From: Candidatus Margulisiibacteriota bacterium | GTDB taxonomy: Bacteria; Margulisbacteria; WOR-1; O2-12-FULL-45-9 | Reading direction: 5' to 3' | NCBI GenBank assembly: GCA_034723395.1 | Contig: JAYEOW010000018.1 | Coordinates: forward strand, 1 to 16,862 | DNA: 16,862 nucleotides | In this document: piece after piece, positions 7,871-16,063 of the stretch | Numbering within the stretch: the first letter of the stretch is position 1 | Layout: every line of letters begins with the position of its first letter | The notes under the pieces: model-generated | What the model was told of the DNA's origin: nothing | Databases searched by the model: none | The model's input: the letters and a program-made list of their open reading frames with translations, nothing else | Program-made: the position numbers and the translations under genes

Positions 7871-9304
7871 CTCTTTAGCCAAAAGCTTATTAGCCAATCC
7901 CGGATTTGCTCTTCCCTTAGAAGCCTTCATAACCTGACCAACCAAGAAACCGATTGTGGTCTTTTTCCCTGCCTTATATTGTTCAACCGGCCCGGGATTT
8001 TTCTCGATAATCTCTCTTACAATTTTTACCAGTTCGCTTTCATCACTGATCTGGGTCATCCCCGATTCGGTAATGATGTCTTTGATCGATTTCCCTGTTT
8101 TTAATGCCTGAAGAAGGACGGTTTTTGCGATCTTTCCGCTGATTGTCCCTTTATCGATCAGTTGAAGGATCTCCGCCAGCTGTCCGGGGGTAAAATCGAT
8201 CTGGTCGATCCGTTTTTTTTGGTCGTTAAGGTGGGCCGAGAGGTCGCCGATCAGCCAGTTGGCGACGACCTTGGGTTTATTGTGGAGCTTAATCGTCTCT
8301 TCGAAGAAATCAGCCATCTCTTTCGCGGAAATAAGCGCTACTGCATCATCGGCGGGAAGTTTTAACTCTTCAACAAATCTGTTTTTTCTCGCTTCTGGAA
8401 GTTCGCCCAATAATCTCTCGATTTCTTCCACCCATTCTTTTTCAGGTTCGACGGGGACCAGGTCCGGCTCTGGGAAATAGCGATAGTCGTGGGCAAACTC
8501 TTTGCTCCTCATCCCTTTTGTAGTGTCGGTATCGGTATCGAAGAAGCGGGTTTCCTGGACGATCTTTCCTCCCCCTTCGATGACTTCAGCATGCCGCTTC
8601 TCTTCGTACAACATTGCTTTTTCTACTGCTTTAAAGGAGTTCATGTTCTTTAGTTCGGTTTTGGTCCCGAATTCTTTCTGGTCAACCGGGCGGATTGAAA
8701 GGTTGGCATCACAGCGAAGCGATCCTTCTTCCATTTTGGCGTCGGTTACTCCGATATATCGAAGGAGGTTTGCTAATGTTTCCATAAAGACTGCGGCTTC
8801 TTTTGGAGAGCGCATATCAGGTTCGGAAACGATCTCCATTAGCGGCACGCCGGTTCGGTTGTAATCGACCAGCGATTCCTCAGCTCCCATGATCCTTTCG
8901 GCCCCAACATGGACCAGCTTTCCCGCATCCTCTTCTAAATGGACCCGGGTGATTCCGATTTTTTTGATCTTCCCGTCAATTTCGATATTTAGATATCCTT
9001 TTGTAGCAAGCGGAAGCTCGTATTGGGAAACTTGATAATCTTTTGGGATGTCGGGATAGAAGTAGTGCTTGCGGGCGAAGACAGATCGCGGTTCGATCTT
9101 GCAGTTGAGCGCGATCGCGGTTTTGATCGCAAGCTCGAACGATTTTTTATTAACAACCGGTAAAACCCCAGGCTGGCCGGTACAGACCGGGCAGATATTG
9201 GTGTTTGGAGGATTGCCGAACCTGGTAGAACAGCCGCAAAACATTTTGCTCTCGGTCAATAGCTGCGAGTGTATCTCAAGCCCGATAACGGTTTCGTATT
9301 TCAT
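7862..9304 (-). CDS. gatB: Asp-tRNA(Asn)/Glu-tRNA(Gln) amidotransferase subunit B
   Basis: IGLEIHSQL, KMFCGC, CPVCTGQPG, RKHYFYPD, HLEEDAGK, DYNRTGVPLMEIVSEPD, LRCDANLS, DYRYFPEPDL, and a YqeY-like tail with GQVMKASKGRANP. Confidence 0.98.
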   Translation of the reverse strand: MKYETVIGLEIHSQLLTESKMFCGCSTRFGNPPNTNICPVCTGQPGVLPVVNKKSFELAIKTAIALNCKIEPRSVFARKHYFYPDIPKDYQVSQYELPLATKGYLNIEIDGKIKKIGITRVHLEEDAGKLVHVGAERIMGAEESLVDYNRTGVPLMEIVSEPDMRSPKEAAVFMETLANLLRYIGVTDAKMEEGSLRCDANLSIRPVDQKEFGTKTELKNMNSFKAVEKAMLYEEKRHAEVIEGGGKIVQETRFFDTDTDTTKGMRSKEFAHDYRYFPEPDLVPVEPEKEWVEEIERLLGELPEARKNRFVEELKLPADDAVALISAKEMADFFEETIKLHNKPKVVANWLIGDLSAHLNDQKKRIDQIDFTPGQLAEILQLIDKGTISGKIAKTVLLQALKTGKSIKDIITESGMTQISDESELVKIVREIIEKNPGPVEQYKAGKKTTIGFLVGQVMKASKGRANPGLANKLLAKELG

Positions 9305-9312
9305 GCAATCGA

Positions 9313-11100
9313 TTATATCTTATTTTCGGGGTCTAATGAAGAGGGGATGGTCCCTTTTTCGAGCAGGGCTTTAAATTGCTTATAGTTGATCTCGTCCAGA
9401 TCGAGCCAGAGGAGTTTATCGACATAATAGATAAAACCGACATATTTTTGCTGGTCGCGCTTTACCAAAAGAATTTTTCCCGGTTCAAGCTCGATCACCA
9501 GGTCGTAACCAGCCCACTTCCCGGTAGGGGAGAGAAGCTTGGGAGCTTTAACCCGGATCGGCCCGGCCGCCTTTATTTTTTCGGCGATCAATCTTTTTGT
9601 CTCGCTCTTTATGATATTTCCGGCATATTTATTAACCAGCTTTTTAACTTCGGCATCCAGGACTTTGGCGGCCGCTTTTTTCAGGGCAGCTTCATCGACG
9701 GTGCTTAATGCTTTTTTAGTTACGGTCTCTTTAGCGACACTTTGTAACGCCGCTTTATCGACTGCTTTAAGCGCTTCATTTTTAACTGCTTGTTTGGCGA
9801 TTCGCCAGAGGGCGTCTTTGTCCATCAGGTATCTAACCCGATCTTCAATTACCTTAATACTTTTCCGTTCGACGATCTTTACCATCTCCGCCGTAGGGAT
9901 CCGGGCCATAATTATCTTTCTGGTCTCTTTTTCGATAACTTTTGGGGCTTCCTGACTTACGATTTTTTTAATCTCATTTTTAATGACGCTAAGGCCCTTT
10001 CCTGCGGGCAGGTCCCGTGCAATTATCTTTTCGACCTCTTTTTCCAGGATCTTTGGCGCCTCGGTTTTTAACAAAGCGATAATTTTCTTGTCGGGATAAT
10101 TTTCTTTTATAGCTTGCTGTGCTTCTTCTCTAAATATTCTGGGCGCCTCTTTGCTGATATATCCCTGCGCTTCGTATTTGATTATCTCTTTGGCATCCTT
10201 AACGATTATCTTGTTTGCCTCTTTTTCCACGATCTTTTTTAGCTCGCGTTTGGGGATACGCCTTTCAATATCCCTGACTGCCTGCTTTCTTACCAGCTCT
10301 TTTAGCTCTTTTTTGGGGACTTTGGTTTCGATATATTTTCTTGCTTCGCCTTCGATGATTTTTTGTGCTTTCTTCTCGACAATTAATATCGCTTCCTGCT
10401 GGATAACCTGCTTAGCATCCCGCTCCATGACTATGGCTGCCTCTTTGGTTGAGATCTCTTTTTGGGCGAACCGCTCTTTTAGCCGGTCCCACCATCCTTT
10501 GGCTTGCGGTTTCTTTTCCTGCCGGGTCCCTTTGGGGAGGGTAACCTTAATTGCGATGACTTCGGGGGAGCCTTTCTTTAAGACCGCCTTAAGAGTTGTC
10601 GTCCGGGTGGTTTTTTTTGGGGCCGGTTTTTGTCTTGCCGCCCGCTTTTTAGCCAGCTTTGTTTTTTTCTCTTTGCTGGTTTCCCGCTCGACTATTTTAA
10701 AAAATTCTTCCTGGGGGATATTGACTTTAAATGTTTTTTGCGCCCGCGGGTGGCGGATGACCAGATATTTTTTTATAAAGCGGAGACCCTTATAACGGGT
10801 CTCGATAGTAAGATATTTTTGGCCTTCATTTAGGGTTACTTTTGTTTTGAAGATAAGATTTTTGCTAATCGGGACCGGGCTTCCGTTTACCAGGACCAAT
10901 TCTACTCCCGGCGCAGCTTGACCATAAACATCTCCTTCGATCTTGTAAAAATAGGTGATATCGTACTTTTTGCCGCTGATCTTGACCGGCTCAAAATCTT
11001 TGGCAATGGAAAAACTTGCGGTGAAGAAAAAAATAGACAACAGACTTATGAGGATTAAGCCTTTAATCCAGGCATTTGCTATTTTTTGAGTTATCCTCAA
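9313..11100 (-). CDS. Hypothetical exported or membrane-anchored protein with a beta-rich domain and a long 8-residue helical repeat region
   Basis: N-terminal hydrophobic segment (LILISLLSIFFFTASFSIA), beta-rich Ig-like-looking segment (IEGDV...LVLVNG...FKTKVTLNEGQKYLTIE), Lys-rich linker, repeats such as KEANKIIV KDAKEIIK YEAQGYIS KEAPRIFR EEAQQAIK, and a small C-terminal beta domain. TTG start. Confidence 0.78.
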   Translation of the reverse strand: MRITQKIANAWIKGLILISLLSIFFFTASFSIAKDFEPVKISGKKYDITYFYKIEGDVYGQAAPGVELVLVNGSPVPISKNLIFKTKVTLNEGQKYLTIETRYKGLRFIKKYLVIRHPRAQKTFKVNIPQEEFFKIVERETSKEKKTKLAKKRAARQKPAPKKTTRTTTLKAVLKKGSPEVIAIKVTLPKGTRQEKKPQAKGWWDRLKERFAQKEISTKEAAIVMERDAKQVIQQEAILIVEKKAQKIIEGEARKYIETKVPKKELKELVRKQAVRDIERRIPKRELKKIVEKEANKIIVKDAKEIIKYEAQGYISKEAPRIFREEAQQAIKENYPDKKIIALLKTEAPKILEKEVEKIIARDLPAGKGLSVIKNEIKKIVSQEAPKVIEKETRKIIMARIPTAEMVKIVERKSIKVIEDRVRYLMDKDALWRIAKQAVKNEALKAVDKAALQSVAKETVTKKALSTVDEAALKKAAAKVLDAEVKKLVNKYAGNIIKSETKRLIAEKIKAAGPIRVKAPKLLSPTGKWAGYDLVIELEPGKILLVKRDQQKYVGFIYYVDKLLWLDLDEINYKQFKALLEKGTIPSSLDPENKI

Positions 11101-11123
11101 GATGCTCTTATTATAATGACCAA

Positions 11124-12578
11124 TTACGAATTTATCAATGGGGGATTCTTTTTATGCCATTGAGTATTTTGTTCGTAAGTGAAGGCCGCGTGGAGGATCG
11201 TTTCTTCATCAAAGGCCTTGCCGATGATCTGCAGGCCGATCGGAAGCCCGTTGCTTATCCCGCAAGGGACGGAGATCGCCGGGAGTCCGGCAAGATTTAC
11301 CGGGATCGTCGCGATATCGGCCATATACATCGCCAAGGGATCGTCTTTTTTCTCCCCAACCTTAAACGCGACCGAAGGAGAGGTTGGCGACACTAAAACA
11401 TCGCATCGCTTGAACGCTTTATCAAAATCCTGCTTGATCAATGTCCTTACTTTTAACGCTTTAAGGTAGTACGCATCATAATATCCGGCGGATAGTGCGT
11501 AGGTGCCAAGCATGATCCTTCTTTTTACTTCGGCGCCAAAACCTTCGGCGCGGGTCTTATAGTACATGGTCAGCAGATCTTTGGCTTCTTTGGCCCGATG
11601 GCCGAACTTAACTCCGTCATAGCGGGCAAGGTTAGAGCTTGCTTCAGCCGGAGCGATCAGATAATAGGTAGCTACGGCATATTCAAAAGAGGGCAACGAA
11701 ACTTCTATAATATCGGCGCCGAGCTCTTTTAATTTTGCGGTCGCTTTATTGACCGATTCTTGTATCGTTTTATCGATCCCTTTTCCTAATAGTTCTTTGA
11801 TAACGCCAACTTTTAGCTTTTTAACGTTATCGACCAATGCCTTTCGGTAATCCGGTACAGGGATATTTACCGAAGTCGAATCTTTTGGGTCGTAACCGGC
11901 GATCGTATTCAATAAAATTGCGCTATCGGTCACGTCTTTGGTAAGCGGCCCGATCTGGTCTAGCGAGGATGCGAAAGCGACTAATCCGTAGCGGGATACT
12001 CTTCCATAAGTAGGTTTGAAGCCGACCACTCCGCAAAAGGAGGCGGGCTGCCTGATCGACCCGCCGGTGTCAGAACCGGTGGCCAGGACCGCTTCGCCGG
12101 CAGCGACGGCAGCGGCGGAACCGCCGGAAGATCCGCCCGGGACCGTTTCGATATCCCAGGGATTAAAAGTCGGGTGCAATCCTGAGTTCTCGGTAGATGA
12201 GCCCATAGCGAATTCATCCATATTTGCTTTTCCGATAATAACCGCGCCGGCCTCTTTTATCTTTGTGACGATCGTAGCATCATAAGGCGGGATGTAATTT
12301 GCCAGGATCTTGGACGAACAGGTAGTCAATACTCCCCGAGTGCACATATTATCTTTGATTGCGATCGGAATACCGGTTAAGGGGGTGACGTTATCGTTGT
12401 TTTTTATCCTCTGGTCCGCAGCCTTGGCCTCTTTTAACGCGGCCTCTTTATTTATGCTTACATAAGCGCGGACCTTATTTTCGGTTTTATCGATTTGGGT
12501 AAAAACTGCTTCAGTAAGCTCGACAGAGCTTACTTTCTTGCTGGTTAATTGAGAATGTAATTCGTGAGCGGTTTTCAT
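11124..12578 (-). CDS. gatA: Asp-tRNA(Asn)/Glu-tRNA(Gln) amidotransferase subunit A
   Basis: Amidase signature: [65 protein letters not shown]. Confidence 0.98.
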   Translation of the reverse strand: MKTAHELHSQLTSKKVSSVELTEAVFTQIDKTENKVRAYVSINKEAALKEAKAADQRIKNNDNVTPLTGIPIAIKDNMCTRGVLTTCSSKILANYIPPYDATIVTKIKEAGAVIIGKANMDEFAMGSSTENSGLHPTFNPWDIETVPGGSSGGSAAAVAAGEAVLATGSDTGGSIRQPASFCGVVGFKPTYGRVSRYGLVAFASSLDQIGPLTKDVTDSAILLNTIAGYDPKDSTSVNIPVPDYRKALVDNVKKLKVGVIKELLGKGIDKTIQESVNKATAKLKELGADIIEVSLPSFEYAVATYYLIAPAEASSNLARYDGVKFGHRAKEAKDLLTMYYKTRAEGFGAEVKRRIMLGTYALSAGYYDAYYLKALKVRTLIKQDFDKAFKRCDVLVSPTSPSVAFKVGEKKDDPLAMYMADIATIPVNLAGLPAISVPCGISNGLPIGLQIIGKAFDEETILHAAFTYEQNTQWHKKNPPLINS

Positions 12579-12853
12579 TCGACGATCCTCGGGACCTTGA
12601 ACATGTTTTCCTCTTCTTCCGGGGCATTAGCCATGATCTCTTTTGTGTTTTTAAAGCTGACGACTTTATCTTCTCTTAGAACGTTCTTCATCGGGATGGC
12701 ATGTGAGGTAGGGGGGACCTTATCGATATCCAGCTTGTTTAGTATTTCCGCATATTCAAGGATCGCCGAGAGCTGCCTGCCAAACATCTCTTTTTCTGCG
12801 GGGGTTATCCCTAACCGGGCGAGCTTTGCGACATGTTCCACATTGATTTTCAT
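12575..12853 (-). CDS. gatC: Asp-tRNA(Asn)/Glu-tRNA(Gln) amidotransferase subunit C
   Basis: [35 protein letters not shown] overlap with gatA. Confidence 0.96.
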   Translation of the reverse strand: MKINVEHVAKLARLGITPAEKEMFGRQLSAILEYAEILNKLDIDKVPPTSHAIPMKNVLREDKVVSFKNTKEIMANAPEEEENMFKVPRIVE

Positions 12854-12862
12854 GGTTTATTT

Positions 12863-12871
12863 ATTATATCA
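12863..12871 (-). promoter_or_regulatory. Extended -10 (TGATATAAT) for gatCA
   Basis: Minus-strand TGATATAAT ends 9 nt before the gatC ATG. No SD in between. Confidence 0.55.
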
Positions 12872-12880
12872 GGGGGGAGA

Positions 12881-14164
12881 TTAAAGGGGAAGTGTGAAGT
12901 GGATGGTTGTTCCCTGGTTTCTTCCATCCGAGACCGCCCACATCTTTCCGCCGTGGGCTTCGACGATTGTTTTTGAGAGAGAGAGCCCCAGCCCTGTTCC
13001 TCTAAGGGACGGATTTTCTCTGGTAGCGCGAAAGAATTTTTTGAAGATGTTAGGGAGGTCTCCCGGCTCGACCCCGTAACCCTCATCGCGGACGGAAACA
13101 TTGGCCTTATTTTCTAACAATTGGGTTGAAACAAATATCTTGCCGGCCGGATTGGAAAATTTTATCGCGTTCGATAAAAGGTTGATCAATACTTCAGTGA
13201 TCCTGGTTTCGTCCATCGGGACATTGGTTAAATTGGGATCCAGCTCTTTTACGATCAACAGGTTCTTTTCGTCAATTTGCGGTTTCATCTCATCTAGAGC
13301 GTTTTCGACAAGGTTATGTAAAGGGAGGGATTCTTTTTTTATCGTTACACTGCCCGATTCGAGGCGGGCGATGTTTAACATGTCGTTAATAAGGCGGAGC
13401 ATCCGTTTTGATTGGCGTTTAACAATTTCTAAGATATCCAATTGTTTTTTTTGCAGCTCTCCAAATCCGCCTTGGACCAGGATATCGGTATAGCCCATAA
13501 TCGAAGTGAGCGGGCTTTTGGCCTCATGCATCATCTGGTTCATAAAATCCTCCCGGGATTTAGTCAGCCTTTCGATCTCATGTTGCTTTTCTTTGAATTT
13601 GTCGGATAGAAATGAGGCCGCGTAAATAAGGAGCGCGCAGCAGAAGAAAAGGCCGAACCCCCTTGAGATGACGTAATTGAAATCAGTATATAAATTTCCG
13701 GGCAGATGGCTAAGCCGGTAGTGGGGGATTATATGTTGGGCCTCCAGCAGGCAGAGGAACATAAAGATCGCGCTCCACTCCACAGTCACAAAAAATGCCA
13801 AACCGATAAACCCAAAAAGAGAAATAGTTAAAAACTCAACCAGATAGAGCAGGGAAAAAGGGCTTTCGATCCCGCCGGTAAAGTGGATCAGAAGGGTAAC
13901 GACGGTGAGATCCACATTTACCCTGAAGAAGGTGAAAAGGACGCTTTCAGAAAAGATTTTGTATTTCATGACCAGGAATGGGTAGATACTGTTATAGAGG
14001 GCAGAGAGGGTAACGATACCAACAAGGGTGACGATCGGGATATCGAACCTTGCTACTGCGGTCAGGAAGAAAAGGATGGCGCTGATTACGGCAATTGCCC
14101 CCCAGCGGATGCGGATAAACCAGAGAACCCTTAGCTGGTCTTCAGTAAGTTTTTGATCTGCCAT
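12881..14164 (-). CDS. Membrane sensor histidine kinase (multi-TM N-terminal domain, HisKA + HATPase_c)
   Basis: About 5-6 hydrophobic helices with RIRW and TGGIESPF (PilS/RegB-like membrane domain), H-box HEAKSPLTSI, N-box NLLSNAIKF, G1 DEGYG, F-box IFKKFF, G2 GTGLGL. Confidence 0.93.
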   Translation of the reverse strand: MADQKLTEDQLRVLWFIRIRWGAIAVISAILFFLTAVARFDIPIVTLVGIVTLSALYNSIYPFLVMKYKIFSESVLFTFFRVNVDLTVVTLLIHFTGGIESPFSLLYLVEFLTISLFGFIGLAFFVTVEWSAIFMFLCLLEAQHIIPHYRLSHLPGNLYTDFNYVISRGFGLFFCCALLIYAASFLSDKFKEKQHEIERLTKSREDFMNQMMHEAKSPLTSIMGYTDILVQGGFGELQKKQLDILEIVKRQSKRMLRLINDMLNIARLESGSVTIKKESLPLHNLVENALDEMKPQIDEKNLLIVKELDPNLTNVPMDETRITEVLINLLSNAIKFSNPAGKIFVSTQLLENKANVSVRDEGYGVEPGDLPNIFKKFFRATRENPSLRGTGLGLSLSKTIVEAHGGKMWAVSDGRNQGTTIHFTLPL

Positions 14165-14180
14165 TTCTGGCCCAATTATA

Positions 14181-15254
14181 TTATACCAGCCTTAAGCTGG
14201 CAACCGGGGAAAGTTTAACCCCCTCTTTTTTTCTCCCCCTTATTAAGGGGGAGACAGAGAGGGGGTGATAGAAGGCTGCACACCCGACCATGGCGGCGTT
14301 ATCGGTGCAGAGCGCGAGGGGAGGGGTGTGGACCTTGATCTTTTCTTTTTTGCATCGAGCAGTTAATTCTTCTCGGAGTTGTGAGTTTGCCGAAACGCCT
14401 CCCGCCAGCGCGATCGTTTTGCATTTGTTTTCTTTTGCCGCGCGGATCGTTTTTTCGACCAGGACATCGACCACTGCTTGTTGGAAGGAGGCGGCAATAT
14501 CGGTTACCGGTTTGCCAGTTTGCCGGTTTGCCTGTTTATTAACGTAATTTACTACAGCAGTCTTTATGCCGCTAAAGCTGAAATCGAATCCTTGATTAAG
14601 CATTGGCCTAGTAAAACTTATTGCTTTGGGATTCCCTTCTTTTGCCAGCTTATCGATAATCGGTCCGCCGGGATAGCCCAGCTTTAGAAAACGGGCGACT
14701 TTGTCGAATGCTTCTCCTGCCGCGTCATCTCTAGTTCTACCTAATGACTCGTATTTCCCGTGATCTTTAACCAGGACCAGCATTGTATGTCCTCCGGAAA
14801 CAATCAAGCAAACAAACGGGAACCTCACCCCCTCCCTTCGGGTTTCCCCCTCTCCATTGGAAATGGAGAGGGGGACAGAAGGGGGTGAGGAAAGAAAATT
14901 AGCATAAATGTGTGCTTCGTGGTGGTTAACGCCAATTAATGGGATGTCGAGCGAGTAGGCGATCGATTTTGCGGCGCAGAGTCCGACTAAAAGGGAGCCG
15001 ACCAGTCCCGGGCCATAAGTTACCGCAACTGCATCGAGCTCTTTGAACTTTGTCTTTGCCTTCTCTAATGCCTCTTTAATAATCGGGTTGATCACTTCGA
15101 TATGTTTACGCGAAGCGACCTCGGGGACGATCCCCCCATATTTTTTATGGAACTCAACCTGGGTAGCTACAATGTTAGAAAGGGTTCTTTTCCCATCCTT
15201 AACTACCGCCGCCGAAGTTTCATCGCACGAAGTCTCGATTGCCAGGATTTTCAT
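14181..15254 (-). CDS. tsaD: tRNA N6-threonylcarbamoyltransferase TsaD (Gcp/YgjD), with in-frame repeat-derived insertions
   Basis: LAIETSCDETSAAV, GGIVPEVASRKH, GPGLVGSL, HHEAH, VSGGHT, DDAAGEAFDKVAR, YPGGP, FSFSGIKT, GGVSAN, CTDNAAMV. Confidence 0.97.
   Translation of the reverse strand: MKILAIETSCDETSAAVVKDGKRTLSNIVATQVEFHKKYGGIVPEVASRKHIEVINPIIKEALEKAKTKFKELDAVAVTYGPGLVGSLLVGLCAAKSIAYSLDIPLIGVNHHEAHIYANFLSSPPSVPLSISNGEGETRREGVRFPFVCLIVSGGHTMLVLVKDHGKYESLGRTRDDAAGEAFDKVARFLKLGYPGGPIIDKLAKEGNPKAISFTRPMLNQGFDFSFSGIKTAVVNYVNKQANRQTGKPVTDIAASFQQAVVDVLVEKTIRAAKENKCKTIALAGGVSANSQLREELTARCKKEKIKVHTPPLALCTDNAAMVGCAAFYHPLSVSPLIRGRKKEGVKLSPVASLRLV
14218..14266. repeat. REP-like palindromic element A inside the 3' end of tsaD
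   Basis: Outer stem ACCCCCTCT (14218-14226) / AGAGGGGGT (14258-14266). Inner stem TCTCCCCCTT (14232-14241) / AAGGGGGAGA (14245-14254). Translated in tsaD as HPLSVSPLIRGRKKEGV. Confidence 0.8.
14502..14537. repeat. 8-bp tandem repeat (GTTTGCCN) inside tsaD
   Basis: ggttaccg-gtttgcca-gtttgccg-gtttgcct-gttt, encoding KQANRQTGKPVT on the minus strand. Confidence 0.8.
14823..14890. repeat. REP-like palindromic element B inside tsaD
   Basis: Outer 11-bp stem CCTCACCCCCT (14823-14833) / AGGGGGTGAGG (14880-14890). Inner 14-bp stem TCCCCCTCTCCATT (14845-14858) / AATGGAGAGGGGGA (14862-14875). Translated as SSPPSVPLSISNGEGETRREGVR. Confidence 0.88.
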
Positions 15255-15262
15255 ATTATAAA

Positions 15263-15271
15263 ATTATAGCA
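15263..15271 (-). promoter_or_regulatory. Extended -10 (TGCTATAAT) for tsaD
   Basis: Minus-strand TGCTATAAT ends 8 nt before the tsaD ATG. No SD. Confidence 0.55.
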
Positions 15272-15355
15272 TATTTGGGTAAGGGGAAGGCCGGCTCGTC
15301 AGCAAGAAGAATATGAGAGGCACAGATAGATAGTCTATTTAGGCGGTTGAGGCGC

Positions 15356-16063
15356 CTATTGGTTTTTGTTATCCAGTTTCAGCTTGAGCAAGAAAATTGT
15401 TTCCATTCTAAGTTTTGACTTAACCCATGCCTTCTGTTTATCATTAACAAGCTCGCCAATACCGGACAAAATGTTCCGGTTGCTCGTTTTCTCAAGCAGA
15501 TGAATGCATTTCCGCAGAAAATCTTTGAATGATATCCTGGCGCGTTTTTCCACGATTTCTTTGTTTACGGGCCAGTTATGCTGGAGAAAAAAACAAACAT
15601 CAAAAATATCGCGGTTTGTTTTGCCAATTCTTTCGCTCATCGCGACGAGCTTGTGGGCTGCCATGTCTTCTTTAACCATCACCTTCATTGAGATGCCGAG
15701 GTGCGTCTTCACCTCGTACTTTGAGCCGAAATTTCTACGGTTTATTTCTACCTTAATATTCCTGGCACCCTGAACCTTGTCGGTGTAGGACAGCAAGTAA
15801 AACAGGTTGTATCTTTTTTCCCGAGCTTCTTTTACCGTTCCATAGTCCGCCAGGATTTTCTTAACCTGTTCAAAAATATGTTTTTCTTTGGTTTCATCAA
15901 GCAGATCAAAATCAAGATCCACTGAAAAACGCTCCAGACCGTAAAGAAAATAGGCGGCCGTGCCGCCCTTAAAGCCTAAAAAGGGCCCGATAGATGTGTC
16001 AGTATAGATATCTTTGAGAATTCTTAAAAGGATGTTTTTATGTGTTGCTGTGTCTAAGCTCAT
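15356..16063 (-). CDS. abiEii: AbiEii/AbiGii-family nucleotidyltransferase toxin (type IV TA / abortive infection)
   Basis: FKGGTAAYFLYGLERFSVDLDF (GG...RFSxDLD Pol-beta NTase motif), KVEIN, AHKLVA, RDIFD. ATGA overlap with the upstream antitoxin gene. Confidence 0.9.
   Translation of the reverse strand: MSLDTATHKNILLRILKDIYTDTSIGPFLGFKGGTAAYFLYGLERFSVDLDFDLLDETKEKHIFEQVKKILADYGTVKEAREKRYNLFYLLSYTDKVQGARNIKVEINRRNFGSKYEVKTHLGISMKVMVKEDMAAHKLVAMSERIGKTNRDIFDVCFFLQHNWPVNKEIVEKRARISFKDFLRKCIHLLEKTSNRNILSGIGELVNDKQKAWVKSKLRMETIFLLKLKLDNKNQ

Noticed and set aside
10151..10795. 214-aa plus-strand ORF
   Set aside because: Antisense shadow of the Lys/Glu-rich 595-aa gene. Its Phe/Ser/Leu-rich composition is what that antisense frame yields.
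12871..12892. Purine-rich AGGGGGGAGATTAAAGGGGAAG resembling one arm of the tsaD palindromes
   Set aside because: No complementary arm nearby and too short and low-complexity to call as a remnant.
15340..15358. Hairpin TAGGCG-N7-CGCCTA at the abiEii stop as a terminator
   Set aside because: Only 6 bp, overlapping the stop codon, with no U-tract on the coding strand.
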